In this document: piece after piece, positions 25,566 through 35,060 of the stretch | Position numbering within the stretch: the first letter of the stretch is position 1 | Layout of the letters: each line of letters begins with the position of its first letter | Assembly: GCA_017447645.1 (NCBI GenBank) | Contig: JAFSNA010000095.1 | Coordinates: 295 to 64,294, forward strand | DNA: 64,000 bases | Origin: Oscillospiraceae bacterium | Lineage (GTDB): Bacteria > Bacillota > Clostridia > Oscillospirales > Oscillospiraceae | Reading direction: 5' to 3' | The notes under the pieces: model-generated | What the model saw: the letters and a program-made list of their open reading frames with translations, nothing else | What the model was told of the DNA's origin: nothing | The model's database searches: none | Made by a program: the position numbers and the translations under genes

Positions 25566-26528
25566 TCAGTCGAACAGGTTGGAGATCGAGACCTCCTCGT
25601 AGATGCGGCGGATCGCCTCGGCGAAGACCGACGCGGTGGAGAGGTAGCGGATCTTGTCGCATTTGGGCTTGTCCTTGGGGTAGGGGATCGTGTCGAGGAA
25701 GAGCAGCTCCTTGATGCAGCTGTTCTCGATGCGCTCGATCGCCGGGCCGGAGAGCACGCCGTGCGTGGCGCAGGCGTAGACCTCCTTCGCGCCGCCGATC
25801 TCGGAGATCGCCTTCGCGGCGCCGACGAGGGAGCCGGCGGTGTCGACGATGTCGTCGAGCAGGATGCACTTTTTGCCCTCGACGTTGCCGATGATGTTCA
25901 TGACCTCGGACTGGTTGGCTTTTTCACGGCGCTTGTCCACGATCGCCATGTTCACGCCCAGCTTCATCGAGAAGGCGCGGGCGCGGGCCGTGCTGCCCAC
26001 GTCGGGGGAGACGACCATGATCTCTTCGTTGTTTTTGCCGTACTGCTTGATGTAGTGCTTGGCGAACAGGTGCGCGCCCATGAGGTTGTCCACGGGGATG
26101 TCGAAGAAGCCCTGGATCTGGGCGGCGTGCAGGTCCATGGTCAGCACGCGGTCGGCGCCGGCGGCGGTGATGAGGTTCGCCACCAGCTTGGCGGAGATGG
26201 GATCGCGGCTCTTGGCCTTGCGGTCCTGCCGGGCATAGCCGAAATAGGGGATCACCGCGGTGATGCGGCCGGCGGAGGCGCGGCGCATGGCGTCGGTCAT
26301 GACCAGCAGCTCCATCAGATGATCGTTGACCGGGTTGCAGGTGGACTGGACGATGAACACGTCCTTGCCGCGGACCGGTTCTCCCACCGAGATCGAACAT
26401 TCACCGTCCGCAAACTGGGAAACCGAGGCCTCGCCGAGGCGGGTATAGAGCTGGCTGCAGATCTCCTCGGCCAGCGCGGGATTGGAATTGCCGCAGAAAA
26501 CTTTGATTTCCTTGCCGTGTGCGATCAT
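25566..26528 (-). CDS. prs: Ribose-phosphate pyrophosphokinase
   Basis: 320 aa with the C-terminal PRPP loop ILLDDIVDTAGSL. Confidence 0.95.
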   Translation of the reverse strand: MIAHGKEIKVFCGNSNPALAEEICSQLYTRLGEASVSQFADGECSISVGEPVRGKDVFIVQSTCNPVNDHLMELLVMTDAMRRASAGRITAVIPYFGYARQDRKAKSRDPISAKLVANLITAAGADRVLTMDLHAAQIQGFFDIPVDNLMGAHLFAKHYIKQYGKNNEEIMVVSPDVGSTARARAFSMKLGVNMAIVDKRREKANQSEVMNIIGNVEGKKCILLDDIVDTAGSLVGAAKAISEIGGAKEVYACATHGVLSGPAIERIENSCIKELLFLDTIPYPKDKPKCDKIRYLSTASVFAEAIRRIYEEVSISNLFD

Positions 26529-26676
26529 GTCTTTTTCTCCTCATCCAATCATTCCCCTCCGCGCGTTCGGCCGCGGCGGAAGGTCACAAATATACACAGT
26601 AATCTTATCACACTTTCCTCTTCTTGGGAAGAGAAAAGGGGAAAGTCCGCCGCAAAAAAGCAGATAAAAATAGCGA

Positions 26677-26705
26677 TTTACAACGCGGGGCTTTTTGTAT
26701 ATAAT
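26677..26705 (+). promoter_or_regulatory. Promoter TTTACA-17-TATAAT for prfB
   Basis: Hexamers read directly. Confidence 0.55.
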
Positions 26706-26742
26706 AGTAAAGCTTGAAATCTCTGCGAAAGTGGTAAAGATT

Positions 26743-27849
26743 ATGCTGGAATTCGAAGAATACAAGTCCAAACTCAACGCCGCGAAGCCGACGCTCGAGG
26801 TCCTGCGCGGCGCGCTCAAGCTCGAGGCCGCGGCGAAGGAGATCGAGGAGCTGGAGGCCATGAGCGCGCGCGACGGCTTCTGGAACGACGTGGAAAAGTC
26901 CCAGAAGGTGCAGAAGCGCCTCAAGACGCTCAAGAACAAGGTCGAGAGCTACGAAAAGCTCTGCGCGTCGTGGGAGGACATGGTCACGCTCTGCGACATG
27001 GCCATCGAGGAGGACGACGCCTCGATGCTCGACGAGCTGCAGAGCGAATACGCCCTCTTCGCCGAGAAGGCGGAGGCGATGCGTCTCTCGACGCTGCTCA
27101 CGGGCGAATACGACGCGAACAACGCGATCCTGACCTTTCACGCCGGCGCGGGCGGCACCGAGGCGCAGGACTGGGCCTCGATGCTCTACCGCATGTACAA
27201 CATGTGGGCCGAGCGCCACGGCTACAAGGTCAAGGTGCTGGACTATCTCGACGGAGACGAGGCCGGCATCAAGAGCGCCACGATCATGATCGAGGGCGAC
27301 AACGCCTACGGCTTCCTCAAGAGCGAGCACGGCGTGCACCGGCTGGTGCGCGTCTCGCCCTTTGACGCGGCCGGGCGGCGGCACACCTCCTTCGCCGCGG
27401 TCGAGGTCATGCCCGAGATCGCCGACGCCGGCGAGATCGAGCTGCGCGAGGAGGACATCAAGATGGACGTGTACCGCTCCTCCGGCGCGGGCGGCCAGAA
27501 GGTCAACAAGACCTCGTCGGCCGTGCGCCTGACGCACATCCCCACGGGCATCGTCGTGTCCAGCCAGGTCGAGCGCAGCCACTTCCAGAACCTCGAGAAC
27601 TGCAAAAACATGCTGCGCGCGCGTCTGGCCGAGATCAAGGAGCGCGAGCATCTCGAGAAGATCAGCGACATCAAGGGCGTGCAGATGAAGATCGAATGGG
27701 GCAGCCAGATCCGCTCCTACGTCTTCATGCCCTATCAGCTGGTCAAGGACCTGCGCACCGAGTATGAGACCGGCAATATCCAGAACGTCATGGACGGCGA
27801 CCTCGACGGCTTCATCAACGCCTTTCTGTCGATGAAGGCCCAGGCCTGA
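26743..27849 (+). CDS. prfB: Peptide chain release factor 2 (single uninterrupted frame)
   Basis: SPF and GGQ motifs (VSPFDAAGRRHTSFA, SSGAGGQKVNKT). No CTTTGAC shift site near the 5' end. Confidence 0.9.
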   Translation: MLEFEEYKSKLNAAKPTLEVLRGALKLEAAAKEIEELEAMSARDGFWNDVEKSQKVQKRLKTLKNKVESYEKLCASWEDMVTLCDMAIEEDDASMLDELQSEYALFAEKAEAMRLSTLLTGEYDANNAILTFHAGAGGTEAQDWASMLYRMYNMWAERHGYKVKVLDYLDGDEAGIKSATIMIEGDNAYGFLKSEHGVHRLVRVSPFDAAGRRHTSFAAVEVMPEIADAGEIELREEDIKMDVYRSSGAGGQKVNKTSSAVRLTHIPTGIVVSSQVERSHFQNLENCKNMLRARLAEIKEREHLEKISDIKGVQMKIEWGSQIRSYVFMPYQLVKDLRTEYETGNIQNVMDGDLDGFINAFLSMKAQA

Positions 27850-27869
27850 GGCGGGGATACAGTTTTCTG

Positions 27870-27906
27870 AAAAACCCGGGCGGCCCTTTCGGCCGCCCGG
27901 GTTTTT
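27870..27906. terminator. Bidirectional terminator after prfB
   Basis: AACCCGGGCGGCC-ctttc-GGCCGCCCGGGTT with a flanking A run and T run. Confidence 0.85.
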
Positions 27907-27909
27907 CAG

Positions 27910-27972
27910 CTACCGCGCGCTGACGTAGCTCTCGCAGTCCTCGAAAATGAAGTCGTCGACGTCTTTTTCCAT
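27910..27972 (-). CDS. Candidate 20-aa acidic micro-ORF (MEKDVDDFIFEDCESYVSAR)
   Basis: Strong SD GAGGAGGA 6 nt upstream of the ATG. Ends at the bidirectional terminator. No other support. Confidence 0.25.
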   Translation of the reverse strand: MEKDVDDFIFEDCESYVSAR

Positions 27973-28054
27973 GCTTCGTCCTCCTCTTTTCAACATACCC
28001 TCATGATATGCCGCGCGAAAGAGAAGTATGCGCGTTTCTTTTTTATCTTTTCTC

Positions 28055-28083
28055 TTGAACAGCGCGGGACTTTGCGTTATAAT
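28055..28083 (+). promoter_or_regulatory. Promoter TTGAAC-17-TATAAT for the PPIase gene
   Basis: Hexamers read directly. Confidence 0.55.
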
Positions 28084-28139
28084 GTTCCAGCTTGTTTCCC
28101 GAAAACGGAACCATCACACGGAAAAAAGGATGAATACCA

Positions 28140-29696
28140 ATGAGCGCATCTACCGAAAGAAAAAACCGCGCGGCCGCGCGTGAGGCCGGCACCGACAAAA
28201 AAACGCTCGCCCGGCAGGAGGCCGAGAAGACTGCCGCCCGCAGCCGCCGCCGCTGGACGATCGGGTCGATCCTGGTCGCGATCCTGCTGATCGTCATGCT
28301 CCTGACCAATTCCAGCTTCTTCTTCCGTCACACGACCGCCCTCTCGGTCGGAGAGCGGAAATACTCCCCCGCGGAGCTGAGCTATACCTACCTCAGCCAG
28401 TACAGCAACTTCCTCAGCCAGTACGGCAGCTATGCTTCCCTCCTTGGGCTGGACACCTCGGGCGGCGTACGTTCGCTCGCCTCGCAGAGCTGCCCCATGC
28501 TTGAGGAAGGCAAGACCTGGCGCGACTACTTCCTGCAGCTCGCCGAAGACAGCCTGTCGCAGAGCTCCGTGCTGACGCGCTATGCCGCGGACAACGGCAT
28601 CGAGCTCGACAAAGCCGATCTCGCCGAGATCGACAGGGATCTGAGCTCTCTTGAAGAGGCGGCCAAGGCTTACGGCTTCTCCAGCGTCAACCGCTTCCTC
28701 TCCGCGCAGTACGGCCGCGGCGTCAACGCCCGTCTCGCCCGTTCGATGATGCAGGAGAACGCGCTCGCCTCCAAGGCGCTGAAGGCCTACAGCGACGCGC
28801 TCCCGTTCAGCCGCGAGCAGCTGGACGACTACTACGCCTCGCTCGAGGGCGACAGCGATTATTTTGACTACGCCGTGTTTTCCGTGCAGGCCGCGTCCGT
28901 TCCCGCCGAGGGTGAGGACGCGCAGGACGCCCCCAACGACGAGACCCGGCTCGAAGCCCGCATGACCGCCCAGGCCATCGAGATGGCCTACAAGGACGGC
29001 TATGACATCGAGGACTGCGTCGAGCGTCTCAACGCCGCGATCGAAGCCGAGTACGACGCCTCCTCCGCCACCGTGCGCAGCGGCGTGAGCGGCGGCAGCC
29101 TGGGCGATCCGGGCGAGTGGCTGAAAGACAGCGCGCGCAAGGCGGGCGACGTCGGCGTCATCGAGGCCTCCGACGGCTCGGGCTACACCGTGGCCGTGTT
29201 TCTCGCGCGCGAAGACAACCACTATCCCACCGTCAGCGTGCGCCACATCCTGATCAAGGCCGTCGCCTCCGAGGACGGCACCTACTCCGATGAGGCCAAG
29301 GCGGCCGCGCTCGCGAAGATCAACGAGATCAAGGCCGAGTACGAAGCGGGCGAGCAGACCGAGGAGAGCTTCGCCGCCCTGGCGGAGAAGTATTCCGAGG
29401 ACAACGGCTCGAACCTGAGAGGCGGCCTGTACGAGGACATCTACAAGGGCGAGATGGTGCAGGAGTTCAACGACTTCTGCTTCGGCGGCCACAAGAGCGG
29501 CGACGTCGGCGTCGTCTACGGCGAGAGCAGCGGCTACGCCGGCTACCACCTGGTCTTCTTCGTCGGCGAGGGCGAGCTTTACAGCGACCTGATCGCGCAC
29601 GACGGTCTGGCGAGCCCGCTCGTCAACGACTTCCTTGCCGAGCAGACCGAAGGCGCCGAACCCGTGCTGCATTACTGGGCCAAGCTCGTCGGCTGA
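28140..29696 (+). CDS. Membrane-anchored parvulin-type peptidyl-prolyl isomerase (PrsA/SurA-like)
   Basis: N-terminal TM helix. C-terminal VSVRHILIK...LAEKYSEDNGS...GGLYEDIYKGEMVQEFNDF rotamase pattern. Confidence 0.8.
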   Translation: MSASTERKNRAAAREAGTDKKTLARQEAEKTAARSRRRWTIGSILVAILLIVMLLTNSSFFFRHTTALSVGERKYSPAELSYTYLSQYSNFLSQYGSYASLLGLDTSGGVRSLASQSCPMLEEGKTWRDYFLQLAEDSLSQSSVLTRYAADNGIELDKADLAEIDRDLSSLEEAAKAYGFSSVNRFLSAQYGRGVNARLARSMMQENALASKALKAYSDALPFSREQLDDYYASLEGDSDYFDYAVFSVQAASVPAEGEDAQDAPNDETRLEARMTAQAIEMAYKDGYDIEDCVERLNAAIEAEYDASSATVRSGVSGGSLGDPGEWLKDSARKAGDVGVIEASDGSGYTVAVFLAREDNHYPTVSVRHILIKAVASEDGTYSDEAKAAALAKINEIKAEYEAGEQTEESFAALAEKYSEDNGSNLRGGLYEDIYKGEMVQEFNDFCFGGHKSGDVGVVYGESSGYAGYHLVFFVGEGELYSDLIAHDGLASPLVNDFLAEQTEGAEPVLHYWAKLVG

Positions 29697-29713
29697 GCGC
29701 AGACAGAAGAAAA

Positions 29714-29747
29714 CGGACCGAAGAGAGTCTCTTCGGTCCGCTTTTTT
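29714..29747 (+). terminator. Intrinsic terminator
   Basis: CGGACCGAAGAGA-g-TCTCTTCGGTCCG followed by CTTTTTT. Confidence 0.85.
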
Positions 29748-29841
29748 CGGACGGCTCGCGAACTCCGGGAACTTTTTCCCGCCGCGCGCCGTCATAGGGA
29801 CGTAAGTGAGCTACAGCCATGAAAAAACGGAGGAACGAACC

Positions 29842-30921
29842 ATGAAAATGAAAAAGAGCTTATCCCTGATCCTCGCCCTCGTGCTGCTCTTCTCCCTGGC
29901 GGGTTGCGGAAGCGCGAAGAGCGCGAGCCGCCCCGCGGCGGCCCCGATGCCGGAACCGGCCTACGAAAGCAGCTACGCCGCAGACAGCGCCTATCCCATG
30001 GAGGCCCCCGCCGCGGCCAAAGAAGAGTCCGCGTACGGCGGCTTCTCCAACACCGCGCACAGCGATTCCGACACGAACGTGCGCGCGGACGCTCCCTCCG
30101 CCGGCGACATCGCCGTGGACAAGATCATCTACTCGGCCAGCGCCACCGTGGAGACCACGGACTTCGACGCTTCCCTTCAGACGCTGGAGGCCATGATCGC
30201 GCAGCACGGCGGCTTCATCGAGTCGAGCAGCATCAGCGGCAACAACTATTACCGCAGCACGCACGGCTACGCCTCGTCCCGCAGCGCGGAGTACCGCATC
30301 CGCATCCCCAGCCGCGACTTTGCCGCGGTGATGAACTCGCTCTCGACGCTGGGCAACGTGCCCTACAGCAACACCTACACCGAAAACATCACCAGCCAGT
30401 ACTACGACGTGCAGGCGCGTCTGAACGCATGCCGTACGCAGGAGCAGAGCCTGCTGGAGATGATGGCGAAGGCCGACAAGGTCTCCGACATGCTGGAGAT
30501 CCAGGACCAGCTCTCCGACGTGCGCTACCGCATCGAGAGCCTGCAGTCCACGCTGACGAACTGGGACCGCCAGGTCAGCTACAGCACGATCTCCCTGTCC
30601 CTGCAGGAGGTGCAGGAGTACACGCCCGAATCGAAGATCTCCTACGGCGAGCAGCTCCGTCTGGCGCTCAGCCGCGGGCTCAGGAGCGTCGGCGAGTTCT
30701 TCCGCGACCTGCTGCTGTGGCTGATCGAGGCCCTGCCCACGCTGCTGGTCCTCGGCGCGATCGCGTTCTTCATCGTCTTTCTCGTCCGCCGCATCGTCCG
30801 CCGCTCGAGAGCCAGGCGTGAAAAGGCGCGGGCCGCGCAGGCGCAGGCGCGCCAGGCGAAGGCCGCGCCGGCTCCCGCCGCCAAGTCCGACGAACAGCAG
30901 GCTCCTGCCGCGAAGGACTGA
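29842..30921 (+). CDS. DUF4349-like lipoprotein with C-terminal TM helix
   Basis: Lipobox LFSLAGCGS. ATG after GGAGGA. Coiled region ...YYDVQARLNACRTQEQSLLEMM.... Confidence 0.65.
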   Translation: MKMKKSLSLILALVLLFSLAGCGSAKSASRPAAAPMPEPAYESSYAADSAYPMEAPAAAKEESAYGGFSNTAHSDSDTNVRADAPSAGDIAVDKIIYSASATVETTDFDASLQTLEAMIAQHGGFIESSSISGNNYYRSTHGYASSRSAEYRIRIPSRDFAAVMNSLSTLGNVPYSNTYTENITSQYYDVQARLNACRTQEQSLLEMMAKADKVSDMLEIQDQLSDVRYRIESLQSTLTNWDRQVSYSTISLSLQEVQEYTPESKISYGEQLRLALSRGLRSVGEFFRDLLLWLIEALPTLLVLGAIAFFIVFLVRRIVRRSRARREKARAAQAQARQAKAAPAPAAKSDEQQAPAAKD

Positions 30922-30923
30922 GA

Positions 30924-30952
30924 TTTACATTTCCGCCCGGCCGTGATATAGT
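30924..30952 (+). promoter_or_regulatory. Promoter TTTACA-17-TATAGT
   Basis: Hexamers read directly. Confidence 0.5.
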
Positions 30953-30982
30953 AGTCTTATCCAGAAAAACGGAGGGACTGTC

Positions 30983-31585
30983 ATGAATAAATGGAAAGTG
31001 ATCGCGCCCCTGGGCCTGCTGGCCGCCGCCGGCGCGGCCGCCGCGCTGCTGCTGAAGAAGCAGGCGGAGCCCGACGAGGGCAAGAGCGCGCCGGACGGGA
31101 AGAAAAAAGCCGAGCCGGGCGAGAAGATGATGAAGACGGGCGAATACAGCTTCGTCTCCGGCTTCCGGGACGCGAAGACCGTGGAGGTCCTGCTCGACTA
31201 CGACGCGCTGCGCTTCGGCTTTGATGTGATCGGCGAGGATTTCCTCAGCTATTCCAGCGACTCGCACGTCGCCGTCGTCACCGGCGAGGACTTCGCGATG
31301 CAGATGGAATACGCCTCCTACTACAAGGGAGAGGATCTCCCGACCATCGCCGACGCGGCCGAAAAGAAGTATTCCGGCTTTGCGCGCGTGAGCTTCGGCG
31401 GCGCCGAGGGCTTCCGCTACCGCGAGGGCGACGGGATCTGCTTCTGCCTGGGCGTGGACGATTACAGCTATCTGCTGCTCACGCTGCTCAAGGCGCAGGG
31501 CTGCGACAAGACGATCGAGGAGCTCGCCGACGGCGAGGACCTCCAGGAGCTTCTCTCGACGCTCCGCGTCCGCACGAAGAACTGA
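30983..31585 (+). CDS. Hypothetical signal-anchored protein (200 aa)
   Basis: RBS GGAGGG. N-terminal hydrophobic segment. No recognised domain. Confidence 0.65.
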   Translation: MNKWKVIAPLGLLAAAGAAAALLLKKQAEPDEGKSAPDGKKKAEPGEKMMKTGEYSFVSGFRDAKTVEVLLDYDALRFGFDVIGEDFLSYSSDSHVAVVTGEDFAMQMEYASYYKGEDLPTIADAAEKKYSGFARVSFGGAEGFRYREGDGICFCLGVDDYSYLLLTLLKAQGCDKTIEELADGEDLQELLSTLRVRTKN

Positions 31586-31590
31586 TACGA

Positions 31591-31622
31591 AAACCTGACA
31601 GAACTCCTTCTGTCAGGTTTTT
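31591..31622 (+). terminator. Intrinsic terminator
   Basis: AAACCTGACAGAA-ctcc-TTCTGTCAGGTTT followed by TT. Confidence 0.85.
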
Positions 31623-31714
31623 GTATGAATATCCGGCTTTTCTCTTTGAAAGGGCCCTTCGCCGTGCGCTTCGCTCTCCTCCGCCCCGCCCGGGACGACG
31701 GGCGCCGACCGCAG

Positions 31715-31752
31715 AAAGACCCCGGGGACACGACCGTGTCCCCGGGGTCTTT
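31715..31752 (-). terminator. Terminator of the kor/CoA-transferase operon
   Basis: AAAGACCCCGGGGACAC-gacc-GTGTCCCCGGGGTCTTT. Confidence 0.75.
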
Positions 31753-31812
31753 CGCTGAGGGGCTCGGCTCGGGACTGCGCGGCGGGAGGCCGGAGCGCGT
31801 CCCGCCGCGGGC

Positions 31813-32127
31813 TCACGCCGCCCGCTTTTCCAGCGCGCGGTTGCGGAAAAAGATCACGACGCCGGCCGCCACCATGAGCGCGTTGAGCACGTAGAAGAAC
31901 ATCACGTACCAGTGCACGGTCTCATACCAGGGCGCGGGGGCGTAGTAGCGGATCAGCGTCAGCTTGGCCGCGATCCCGACCAGGTAGCCCAGCAGGATCA
32001 GGCAGTAGAACAGCACGCTGATCCCCTTCGTGCTGCGCGCCTTCCAGGCCTTGGCGATATTGATCGGCCAGGAGAAGCCGAAGCAGATCAGCATGATCAT
32101 TTCCAGAAAACTCGCCAGGTTCAGCAT
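31813..32127 (-). CDS. Small 3-TM PQ-loop/SemiSWEET-like membrane protein
   Basis: 104 aa. FSWPINIAKAWKARSTKGISVLF resembles the PQ-loop K.KST.G.S motif. Overlaps the CoA-transferase stop by 7 nt. Confidence 0.5.
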   Translation of the reverse strand: MLNLASFLEMIMLICFGFSWPINIAKAWKARSTKGISVLFYCLILLGYLVGIAAKLTLIRYYAPAPWYETVHWYVMFFYVLNALMVAAGVVIFFRNRALEKRAA

Positions 32128-33668
32128 AGGGTCTCTCCTTTCGTCTCCCGGCGCATCGAGCCCTCGCGCGCCAGGTTTTCGTGAAAGCGGAAGCTCTCGG
32201 ACAGGATGTGCGGCGTCTGCGCGCCGTGCGTGGCGGCGCAGGCCTCGTCGAAATAGGCTCTCAGCGCCGCGCGGTAGTCGGGGTGCGCGCAGTTTTCGAT
32301 GATCAGCCGCGCGCGCTCCTTCGGGCTCAGGCCGCGCAGATCGGCCCAGCCCTGCTCGGTCACGAGCACGTCCACGTCGTGCTCGCTGTGGTCGACATGC
32401 GTGACCATCGGCACGATGCAGGAGATCTTTCCTCCCTTTGCGACGGAAGGCGTCATGAAGATCGAGATGAGCGCGCTGCGCGCGTAGTCGCCCGAGCCGC
32501 CGATGCCGTTGTAGACCGTCGTGCCGTTCATCTGCGAGGAGTTGACGTTGCCGTAGAGATCGGCCTCGACGGCGGTGTTCATCGCGATCACGCCCAGACG
32601 GCGGATGACCTCCGCGCTGTTGGAGATCTCCGAATCGCGCAGCACCAGCTTGCCGCGGTATCGCTCGATGTCGGCGAAAAGCCGCTCGAGCCCCGCCCTG
32701 GACAGCGACAGCGAGGTCGCCGAGGCAAAGTCCGCCTTGCCGGCGTCGATGAGGTCGAGGATGCCGTCCTGCATGACCTCGGAATAAAAGCTCAGATGCT
32801 CGAGCGGGGAGTCCTTCAGCCCGATCAGCACGGCGTTCGCCACCGCGCCGACGCCGCTCTGCAGCGGCACGCGGTCGGCCGAAAGCCGCCCGGAATCCTT
32901 TTCGAGCAGCAGGAAGCGCACGATGTTGCGCGCGATGGCCTCGCTCACCGCGTCGGCGGGCGGGAAGGGCCGCGGCTTTTCCTCGCAGGCACAGACGACG
33001 ACGGCGGCGATCTTCTCCTTCGGGCAGCTCAGATAGGGCCTCCCGATGCGCTGGCCGGGCGCGGTCAGGGGGATGGGCTCGCGCCGCGGGGGATCGCCGA
33101 CGCGGAAGACGTCGTGGAAGCCCTCGAGCGCGGCGGGCTGGGTCTCGTTCAGCTCGACGATCACCCGCTCGGCCAGGTCGATCCAGGTCTGCGAGCAGCC
33201 CAGGGCCGTGGTCGGGACGATGTCCCCCTCCTCGGTGATCGCCGCGGCCTCGATGAGGGCGACGTCGATCTTTCCGTTAAAGCCGCAGCGCGCATTCTGC
33301 GCGAATTCGCCGAGGTGGACGTCGGTATAGGCGATCTCCTCCTCCGCTCCGCCGTTGACGGCGGCGCGCAGGGCCTTGCTCGTCATGTAGGGCGCGCGGC
33401 GCGCGATGATGCCGCACTCCGCCCAGGCGTTGTCCAGCTCCTCGCCGGTCGAGGCACCGGAGAGCAGTGTGAGGCGGAGCTTCCTCTTTCCGCTCCGCAC
33501 CTGTTCGGCCAGCGCCAGCGGCACGGCCTTGGGGCAGCCGGCGGGCGTGAAGCCGCTGACGGCGACGGTCATGCCGCTGTCGATCAGCGCGGCGGCCGCG
33601 TCGGCGCTCATGAGCCTGTCCTTCAGCTCTTCGCAGCGCAGGCGATCCGAATACGCCATGCCGCTCAC
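32121..33668 (-). CDS. Acetyl-CoA hydrolase/transferase family enzyme (succinate/succinyl-CoA:acetate CoA-transferase-like)
   Basis: 515 aa. GMTVAVSGFTPAG...GIGGSGDYARSA... pattern. Confidence 0.8.
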   Translation of the reverse strand: MSGMAYSDRLRCEELKDRLMSADAAAALIDSGMTVAVSGFTPAGCPKAVPLALAEQVRSGKRKLRLTLLSGASTGEELDNAWAECGIIARRAPYMTSKALRAAVNGGAEEEIAYTDVHLGEFAQNARCGFNGKIDVALIEAAAITEEGDIVPTTALGCSQTWIDLAERVIVELNETQPAALEGFHDVFRVGDPPRREPIPLTAPGQRIGRPYLSCPKEKIAAVVVCACEEKPRPFPPADAVSEAIARNIVRFLLLEKDSGRLSADRVPLQSGVGAVANAVLIGLKDSPLEHLSFYSEVMQDGILDLIDAGKADFASATSLSLSRAGLERLFADIERYRGKLVLRDSEISNSAEVIRRLGVIAMNTAVEADLYGNVNSSQMNGTTVYNGIGGSGDYARSALISIFMTPSVAKGGKISCIVPMVTHVDHSEHDVDVLVTEQGWADLRGLSPKERARLIIENCAHPDYRAALRAYFDEACAATHGAQTPHILSESFRFHENLAREGSMRRETKGETLC

Positions 33669-34207
33669 CCCTGTGCGATCAGCGCGGCGCCCGCGTCGAG
33701 CGCCTTCTTGTTGATCTCCTCGGTCCCGGCCGGGATGTGGCGGCGCACGGCCTCGAGAAGGCAGTCGTCGTCAAAGAGGCGCAGCGCGGCGTTGATGGCG
33801 CCCACGGCGACGATGTTCGCCGTGAAGGCCTTGCCGACGACCTCCTTCGCGGTCCGCAGGATCGCGATCTCGATCACGCGCGTCCCCTCCGGGAGCGCGG
33901 GCCGCACGAGCGAGTCGTCCATCATGACGACCGCGCCCGGCGCGAGGGTCTTTGAATAGGCGTCCAGAGAGGCCTGGGTCAGGGCCAGGAGAAAATCCGG
34001 CTTCGTGACCTTGGAATACCAGATCTGCTCGTCGCTCACGATCGTCTCGGCCTTGCTGACGCCGCCGCGCGCCTCGGGCCCGTAGGCCTGGGACTGGACG
34101 GTGTGCCGCCCCGCGATGACCGCGGCCTCGGCCAGGATCACGCTCGCGAGGATCACGCCCTGCCCGCCGGAGCCGGCAAAGCGCATTTCATATCGTTTGT
34201 TTTCCAT
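33665..34207 (-). CDS. korC: 2-oxoacid:ferredoxin oxidoreductase gamma subunit
   Basis: FAGSGGQGVILASVILAEAA pattern. Operon position. Confidence 0.85.
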   Translation of the reverse strand: MENKRYEMRFAGSGGQGVILASVILAEAAVIAGRHTVQSQAYGPEARGGVSKAETIVSDEQIWYSKVTKPDFLLALTQASLDAYSKTLAPGAVVMMDDSLVRPALPEGTRVIEIAILRTAKEVVGKAFTANIVAVGAINAALRLFDDDCLLEAVRRHIPAGTEEINKKALDAGAALIAQG

Positions 34208-34216
34208 CTTTCACCC

Positions 34217-35059
34217 TCACTTCTTCGCCTTGCGGCAAGCCGCGATGACCTTGGCATATTCCTCGGTGTACTCGGGATAGTCGTTGAACGAGAGGATGCC
34301 GATGAGCTTCTTGCCCGCGCGGTCGCCCTCGCTCATGCTGTAATAGCGGGCCGTCGGGATCAGGTTGTCCTTCTGCCATTTGAGCATCTCGACCGCGTCG
34401 CCCTTCTTGTTCTTGCGGCCGTAATAGGTCGGACAGATCGAATAGATGTCCACGAGCGAAAAGCCCTTGTGCAGGATGGCCTGCTTGATGATGTCGATGG
34501 TCTCGCGCGCGTGGTAGACGTCGCCGCGCGCGGAAAAGGACGCGCCCGCGCCGGAGGCGAGGTTGGCGATGTCGAAGGGCCGGTCGACGTTGCCGTAGGG
34601 CGCGGTCGTGGCCTTGTCGCCGTGCGGCGTGGTGGGCGAGTACTGCCCGCCCGTCATGCCGTAGATGTCGTTGTTGAAGCAGATGACCGTCAGGCCCAGG
34701 TTGCGCCGCGCGGCGTGGATCAGGTGGTTGCCGCCGATGGCGGAGCAGTCGCCGTCGCCGGTGAGGACGATGACGTGCAGCTTGGGATTGGCCATCTTGA
34801 TGCCGCTGGCGAAGGCGATCGCCCGGCCGTGGGTCGTGTGGATGGAGTTGAAATCCAGATATCCGGCCGCGCGGGACGAGCAGCCGATGCCGGAGACGAT
34901 GACGATGTCCTCGCGGTTGACGGGCCTCTCCTCGTCGTGGATCAGCTCGTCGATCGCGACGGCCACGTCGCGCATGATGACGCCGTTGCCGCAGCCGGGA
35001 CACCAGATCTGCGGCAGATGGTCGATGCGCATATACAGATGGACAAGATCGCTCGGCAT
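34217..35059 (-). CDS. korB: 2-oxoacid:ferredoxin oxidoreductase beta (TPP-binding) subunit
   Basis: WCPGCGNG and GDGD motifs. Start MPSDLV at 35059 lies just after the korA stop with RBS GAGGGA. Confidence 0.85.
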   Translation of the reverse strand: MPSDLVHLYMRIDHLPQIWCPGCGNGVIMRDVAVAIDELIHDEERPVNREDIVIVSGIGCSSRAAGYLDFNSIHTTHGRAIAFASGIKMANPKLHVIVLTGDGDCSAIGGNHLIHAARRNLGLTVICFNNDIYGMTGGQYSPTTPHGDKATTAPYGNVDRPFDIANLASGAGASFSARGDVYHARETIDIIKQAILHKGFSLVDIYSICPTYYGRKNKKGDAVEMLKWQKDNLIPTARYYSMSEGDRAGKKLIGILSFNDYPEYTEEYAKVIAACRKAKK

Positions 35060-35060
35060 A

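Noticed and set aside
26743-26830. Programmed +1 frameshift site in prfB
   Set aside because: No CTTTGAC (or similar SD plus UGA) motif is present. RF2 is encoded in one continuous frame, so it is neither a pseudogene nor recoded.
28077-29795. 572-aa minus-strand ORF
   Set aside because: Antisense to the PPIase gene, with a low-complexity product.
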